Source: an uncultured Verrucomicrobiae bacterium (GTDB lineage: Bacteria > Verrucomicrobiota > Verrucomicrobiia > Limisphaerales > JAFGQR01). From it: a stretch of DNA of 13,164 bases. The DNA lies in contig CAWBHS010000024.1 of assembly GCA_963788655.1 (NCBI GenBank), positions 1-13,164 on the forward strand, read 5' to 3'. The position numbers and the translations under genes are program-made. The first letter of the stretch is position 1, and every line of letters begins with the position of its first letter. A model generated the notes under the pieces. It saw only the letters and a list, made by a program, of their open reading frames with translations, did not search any database and was not told the origin of the DNA. Shown here piece by piece: positions 8,211 to 13,164 of this stretch.

Positions 8211-8478
8211 CCAGTGGCTGGCTAGCCCTTCGCTCAAGGCAGCGGTTGAATCCCTACGCCTGCCCTTGGCGTTGGAAACGCTGTATCGGTTGCGCCGCCA
8301 GCTGCGTGAGCGACTGGACCGGTTGCGCTCGCGGTTGTGTCGCGAACGCCCACCGCCGGCCAGCACGCAGGCCGATCCCTTAAGGCAAACCGTGGAGCAT
8401 CTCCAAAAGGTGTTCCCTGACTCGGCGTGTCCGCTCGCCGCCTTTCAACTCCATTTTCAGCAACCGTTCTTGGGATAA
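8211..8478 (+). pseudogene. C-terminal part of a transposon-associated hypothetical protein, cut by the intron
   Basis: QWLASPSLKAAVESLRLPLALETLYRL...PPPASTQADPLRQTVEHL...FQQPFLG* is protein-like, has no start outside the intron and sits just upstream of the transposase. Confidence 0.55.
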
Positions 8479-8678
8479 GGTTCCTTCGCCGGGCTTCGGG
8501 CCAGGTCCGAGGTTGGCCGAATTAGCACTGCCGATGTGCTTCGGGCGGATCCTTCGCTTCAGCGACAACGCCATAATATGATCCCCCGGCGAGCCAGCGC
8601 TCTCGTAAGGTCCGCGCCGAAACAAAAACTGCTGCTGCAATCGAATGCCGGCGGCGACAACGACGAAATAAATTATCC

Positions 8679-9923
8679 ATGCGCAATCCAACGGCTTATC
8701 TGAAAATGCGAGTGCTGGGGGCCATCGACATGGCCGCAGGGCAACTCGATTACTGGCCCGCATCAAAGCCGTCAGCCAGATGACGTTCACCGATGAGGAG
8801 GGCCATCCCCGCCAGTTCACCTGGCGCACCATCCAAACCTGGTATTCCCGCTACCAGAAACACGGCGTCACCGTCATGGAAAACCAAGCCCGCTCCGACA
8901 AGGGCAAAGTCCGCAAGGTGGTGCTAGAAGACGTGGCCGAGGCGATCCGCCAGGTGCTGCCCAAAGTCCACGGCAAAACGCCTTCCCGCGCCTTGCTCTA
9001 CCGGCTGTGCATCGAGGCAGGACTGCTCACCCGCTCGCAAATCGCGCCCAACACCTTCCGCCGCGTGGTCAAACAATACGAGTTGCTCAAGCCCGATCGC
9101 GGAGTGCTCGAACAAACTGCGACTGGCCTTTGCCAAGGCCCACGCCAACGAAATGTGGCAGGCCGACACGCTCTACGGGCCCTTCATTCCGGTCAAGGCG
9201 TTCCCCGGTGCAAACCCGGCTCATCGCCTTCCTGGATGACGCCTCGCGCGTTTGTTGCCACGGCCAGTTCTTCGCCGGCGGAAAACGTGGACACGCTCAT
9301 CGAGGCCTTGCGCGCGGCCTTCTACAAACGCGGCGTACCCCAATGCCCTCTATGTGGACAACGGATCGATCTACGCCTCCAAAGAAATCATCCAAATCTG
9401 CGCCCGCGTCGGCTGTCTGCTCCTCCACACGCCCGTGCGCGACGGCGCCGCCAAGGGAAAAATCGAACGGTTCTTCCGCACCGTGCGCGACCAGTTCCTC
9501 GCCCGCGAGCTGGATCTGTCCTCGCTCGAGGCGCTCAACCGCCAGTTCACCGCTTGGGTCGAGGAACACTACAACGCCCAAAAGCATTCGGTGCTGGGCA
9601 TGACGCCCGCTGGACCGCTTTGCGCTGGACCGAAATCGCATCCGCTTCCTGCCGCCCAACGAGGCCAACGACGAACTGTTCTTCGTCGAGGAAGAGCGCC
9701 ACGTCCGCGCCGACAACACCTTCTCCTTCAAGATCGTGCGCTTCGAAGCCCCGCGCCACCTGCCCGACCGCACCATCCAGATCCGCTTCGAGCGTTCGCA
9801 GCCCACGCGCGCGTCGTCGTTTATTACAAAGGCGAACGCATGGGCGAAGCCCGTCCGCTCAACCCCATCGCCAATGACCGCAAACCCTCAACTCGAAACA
9901 CTCCACCTACAACCGACTTATGA
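8679..9923 (+). CDS. DDE-type integrase/transposase (rve core, Mu-transposase C-terminal like), multiply frameshifted
   Basis: Stitched frames: MRNPTAYLKMRVLGAID, FTWRTIQTWYSRY (HTH), RSDKG, ANEMWQADT (D), RLIAFLDDASR, LYVDNGSIY (D), KGKIERFFRTVRDQFL (E), YNAQKHS, RHVRADNTFS. Confidence 0.88.
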
Positions 9924-10741
9924 TCCGCTCCCACTTCGGCCTCCACGCAACCCCTTCGACACCGAGTCCCTCACCCTGCTGGCCCACCAGCAGGAAGTCT
10001 TCGACATCCTCCAAGTCCACGCCCAGCAGGGCGGCCTGTGCCTGGTGCTCGGCGAACCCGGCACCGGCAAGAGCGTCCTCAAACAGGCCCTGCTCACCCA
10101 CGATCCCAAACGCATGATCACGCCCGTGGTCAATCGCACCCTGCACACCTATCACAACACCCTGCGCATCCTTTGCGACGCCTTCCAGATCGAGTTCGAC
10201 GGGCGCGACCACCACTGCGAACGGCTCCTGGTCCAGCAGGCCTTCAGCGTCCACCGCGCCGGCAAGATGCTCGTCCCCATCATCGACGACGCCCACCTCA
10301 TGCCCACCGACTGCCTGCGCAAACTCCGCCTGCTTGTGCGAGGACTTTCCCCGCTCCCACAACCTGGTGCTCATCGGCCAGCCCCCGCTCATGCAATCCC
10401 TGACCCTGTCCATCAACGAGGAAATCCGCTCCCGCGTCACCTACTCGGCCCTGCTTGCCGCGCCTGGGTCCCGAAGCCGTCGAACAGTTCATCCTCGACC
10501 AACTCGACCGCGCCGGCCTGGGCCACAACACCTTCACCGCCGAAGCCCTCGCGCTCATCGTCCGCTCCGGCGAAGGCCTCCTGCGCCGCACCCGCAACCT
10601 GTGCCTGGGCGCGCTCATCGAAGCCGTGCGCGACCAGACCCGCACCGTCGACCTCAAACAAGTCAACCGCGTCCTCCTCCAACCCCACTGGCGAAAAGAC
10701 TATGACCAACCCGCTCCCCTACAACCCCGGTGGACGCGTGA
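9920..10741 (+). CDS. ExeA/GspA-type AAA+ ATPase (transposition helper, MuB/TnsC/IstB analogue), frameshifted
   Basis: MIRSHFGL..NPF start with ATGA coupling to the transposase; Walker A GEPGTGKS; Walker B IIDDAH; LVLIGQPPL; IRSRV; SGEGLLRRTRNLC. End approximate. Confidence 0.85.
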
Positions 10742-10980
10742 GCAAATCCGCGCCGCCCGGCTGGCCCCGCTCGTGCCGCTGCTCGAAAAGCGCGGGCTCG
10801 AACTCGTCGAACCGCGCGGCCGGCAACTTCAATTTGCCCGCCTATCCCGGCCTGATCGTCAAAGACAGCTACTGGCGCTGGCCCGAACGCGACCTGGCCG
10901 GCAACGCCATCGACTTCTTCATGCACGTGCTGGGCCTGTCCTTCCACGACGCCATGCGCCAGATCACCGGTGCGCAATAG
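10702..10980 (+). CDS. Small hypothetical protein resembling a primase N-terminal (CHC2-type) domain without the Cys ligands, frameshifted
   Basis: Stitched: MTNPLP..WTREQIRAARLAPLVPLLEKRGLELVERAAGNFNLPAYPGLIVKDSYWRWPERDLAGNAIDFFMHVLGLSFHDAMRQI. GNAIDF...GLSFxDA matches the DnaG/CHC2 tail pattern. Confidence 0.55.
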   Translation: MTNPLPYNPGGRVSKSAPPGWPRSCRCSKSAGSNSSNRAAGNFNLPAYPGLIVKDSYWRWPERDLAGNAIDFFMHVLGLSFHDAMRQITGAQ

Positions 10981-11055
10981 AACTGCAACCGGCTCCGGAC
11001 TTTGTCGCCGTACGACCTCAGTTCGGACACCGGCCCGCATCCAATCAAAATCGGG

Positions 11056-12389
11056 ATCGGTGTCAAACCTAGGGAGCTATCATCTCGCATACAAGGCCTT
11101 GAGCCGGAGCACGGCGACGGCTTCCGTCGCTTGGTCCTGGAGGGAATGGCGAATCCATCGGATGAACTTCACGCTGCGCTGGGTGGCCCTTCGCGCTTGC
11201 ACCACCAGGGCGAAAGGGACTGGCCCGCGGCCGACATTTCGTGTTCGCCGCTTGCGTTCGTTGGGCCCGCCGTTGGTCTTCGGCTTGGTTGGTGACCCCG
11301 TGCTCGGTCGCCAACGTTTGTTCGTAGCCCAGCAGCAGATTGTGCGTCATCGCGATCAATTGCGCTTGGGCCGTCTTTGGCCACCAAGCTCGTCGCCCAG
11401 GCTTTCTTTTCGGTCAGCTTGTTCTTGATCTCATCGAACACTTTCTCCACTTCCCAGCGCCGCCGATACAATTCGGCGATGACGCCCGGCGGCAGGTCCA
11501 TCTCATTGGTCAAGAACTCATACCGCTCGCCGGTGAGCGGATCAGTGTAGTAAACAATCCGCAAGGCATGTCCTTCGCGCGTCCGCACCTGCCGGTCTTC
11601 GGTCACCCCGGCGTTGCGGGGATCGGACTCGTCCCAGGGCACGCTCTCGAGCCAATCGTAAACCATGTTCTCTTTCACTCGGCTCAGGAAATAGACCGCG
11701 CATTCCTGGCGGCAGCGCTTCCAATAGTGGAAATCAATGCCCGCTTTGTCATAGATGCAGATCACCCGTTTGCCCTTCGGCACCCGCTGTCGCAGACCTT
11801 TGGGTTTGATCCGTTTGAGCGCACTCATGTCGTGTTCGTGTAAGCCCTGGCCGGCGGCCAAGTGCTCCAGCAGCTGCGTCCGCAGGTTCAGACTATAAAA
11901 ATGGCCCACCGCCAGCTTGGCGCCCTCGTGGCGCGGATCGTGGGTCGCCGCCTGATGCCAGTGGCCGTCTTGAGTAAAGCATTCATACTGGGCTAACTCG
12001 GGAATCGCCGCCAACCGATCGTGGAGGGGGCGGTGGGCCGCCGTGAGCAACGTGAGGTTGACCGCGCGCAGGACCGCGCCGCGGCGGGCGCTCTGCAGGG
12101 CCGCAAAGTAATTGGAAGTAGCCCGGGGTGTTCGCGAAGCGCAGCCCGTGTTCCTGGAGAAAGCCCCGGCCACTTGCCGAGCGTTCGAGCACGCGTTGGA
12201 CGCCCAAGCGGAGGAACGCTTCATCCGGGAACTCCGGGCACGGACGCGCGTGCGAACTAGCGGCGGCCAGGCCGTTGAGTGGTTGAAAGATGGTCTGATT
12301 CACGGTGTTATGTTTTTGAGTAATAGGCATTGAAGCAATTTTGGCGGCCCACGGCCCTGTCAAGCCTATTTGTTGACCTTATACGCCTC
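11056..12389 (-). mobile_element. IS4-family insertion sequence; boundaries tentative
   Basis: Single DDE transposase; weak terminal similarity (GGTGTCAAA vs GGCGTATAA) and CGGG on both flanks (11052-11055, 12390-12393). Confidence 0.6.
11080..12330 (-). CDS. IS4-family (DDE_Tnp_1) transposase, frameshifted
   Basis: ATG 12330 MPITQKH; QDGHW (D), IYDKAGID (D), YEFLTNEM, LYRRRWEVEKVFDEIK (IS4 YREK motif); C-terminus RATQRSVKFIRWIR...LYAR*. Frameshifts near 12117, 11375 and ~11210-11250. Confidence 0.88.
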
Positions 12390-12526
12390 CGGGTGAGGTT
12401 TTTTCGCGCGCGGAGACGTTCGAAGACCCGCGCCATCGCGACCCGCGGAAGCCGCTCCTCCGGGTCATCCTGACCCGATTAACCTTCACAATTCCCTGGC
12501 ATTCATGGACACCATTCCAAAATCGG

Positions 12527-12758
12527 CTCGGTACGATGTCAGTGTGGGTATCGGATCGGATGCAGTCTCGGTACGATGGCAACTTGGTGAAAAATCTTAC
12601 CCCTCTGAAACAATCTGGAAATGCATCCACCCGGTCGTAACCGTACGACCAAAGCACGGTTATTTGAGCACGAATTACGATGGCAGTCTGGTCAACCACT
12701 CAAAAACCGTACGACCCCAGCCCGGCCAAAAAGTACCATCAGAAAAAAGTGCGTAACA
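12527..12758 (-). repeat. Array of direct sub-terminal repeats (consensus about YTGnnRTCGTACSG on minus strand), putative transposase binding sites
   Basis: GTACGA-type cores on + at 12531, 12571, 12643, 12675 (ttacga), 12709 and 12733 (gtacca), plus one at 11010 on the other side of the IS4. Confidence 0.65.
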
Positions 12759-13164
12759 CCTTGGCCTGAACAATTGGGGGTGAAGTTATAGCCGTCGGTG
12801 TGAACCGTCGTGTGAAAGCGGGTCTGAAAATCAGTTCTCGCGAATGGTTCAACGGCGGAAGTTGTCGGGTTCATCAGCCAGCCCTGCAGGGATACCTCCC
12901 AGATTCGCCAAAACGCCATTTCACACCCGTTAAGCACCACCGCCTCCGAATCCAGTGCAGATAGATGGTATTCGTGCCTTCGGTGAGATCGGGCGCAATA
13001 TCCTGCTGGAAGTGTTCAACATCCTGGTCGCCGGCGATTGATTCAGACCAGACGAGATCTTCAACGTTGGTCCCATTGACATAGACCTTCTTGAACAGGC
13101 TTCCGTACCGGACACCTCCACTGTCTTCCGGAGCAATGCAACTGTCGACCGTATCACAATGGAA
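12759..13164 (-). pseudogene. Hypothetical (possibly secreted beta-rich) protein entering from the window edge, interrupted by the transposon end
   Basis: Open frame FHCDTVDSC...KKVYVNGTNVEDLVWSESIAGD...DLTEGTNTIYL; frameshift near 12955; continues LDSEAVVLNG...FTPNCSGQG and runs into TGTTACG without its own stop. Confidence 0.5.

Larger units (their letters stand above)
8211..12758 (+). mobile_element. Mu/Tn7-like (IS481/IS21-related) multi-gene DDE transposon; left end missing, right end at 12758, with nested IS4-family element
   Basis: Co-oriented small ORF, rve transposase, AAA ATPase and small ORF; terminal ...GCGTAACA (TGT on minus) preceded by repeated GTACGA motifs; a gene is cut at 12758. 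Confidence 0.65.

Noticed and set aside
7708..8478. 256-aa ORF as an intact gene
   Set aside because: The first ~165 codons are antisense intron RNA; only the part after 8210 looks coding.
9920..10741. Type II secretion ExeA linked to pilD
   Set aside because: Coupled to a DDE transposase, lacks the peptidoglycan-binding extension, and no T2SS genes are nearby.
12335..12363. IS4 promoter (TTGACA on minus strand)
   Set aside because: The best -10 candidate (CAAAAT) is only 14 nt away, so the spacing is unconvincing.
12505..12756. 83-aa ORF in the transposon end
   Set aside because: It overlaps the repeat array and has no recognisable motif; likely non-coding.
12527..12758. CRISPR or mini-array of a CAST-like system
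   Set aside because: Repeats are only ~10-14 bp, degenerate and irregularly spaced; no Cas or recognisable TniQ. Transposase binding sites fit better.

Overview
GC-rich bacterial DNA, probably Verrucomicrobiota (inferred from the PilD insertion, repeat style and mobile-element proteins). Left to right: (1) a decayed aroE-like remnant, an intact prepilin peptidase, a 124-bp tandem REP/BIME-like array and convergent chorismate synthase (aroC, one frameshift). (2) An eroding minus-strand operon: YciI remnant, PhnB-like VOC with an internal TAA, SRPBCC scrap, BNR/Asp-box beta-propeller, MoaD/ThiS-like protein and an ECF-sigma stub. (3) A truncated integron-type cassette with an attC site, interrupted by a ~2.2-kb group II intron (RT/maturase without endonuclease). 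The intron's predicted EBS1 loop is complementary to the attC L'' box and its boundaries appear non-canonical. (4) A four-gene Mu/Tn7-like DDE transposon (small ORF, rve/Mu transposase, ExeA-type AAA ATPase, primase-ZnF-like ORF). Its right end carries repeated GTACGA motifs, ends in ACA at 12758, contains a nested IS4-family element and interrupts a gene at the window edge. Many frameshifts are single-base insertions and may be sequencing errors.
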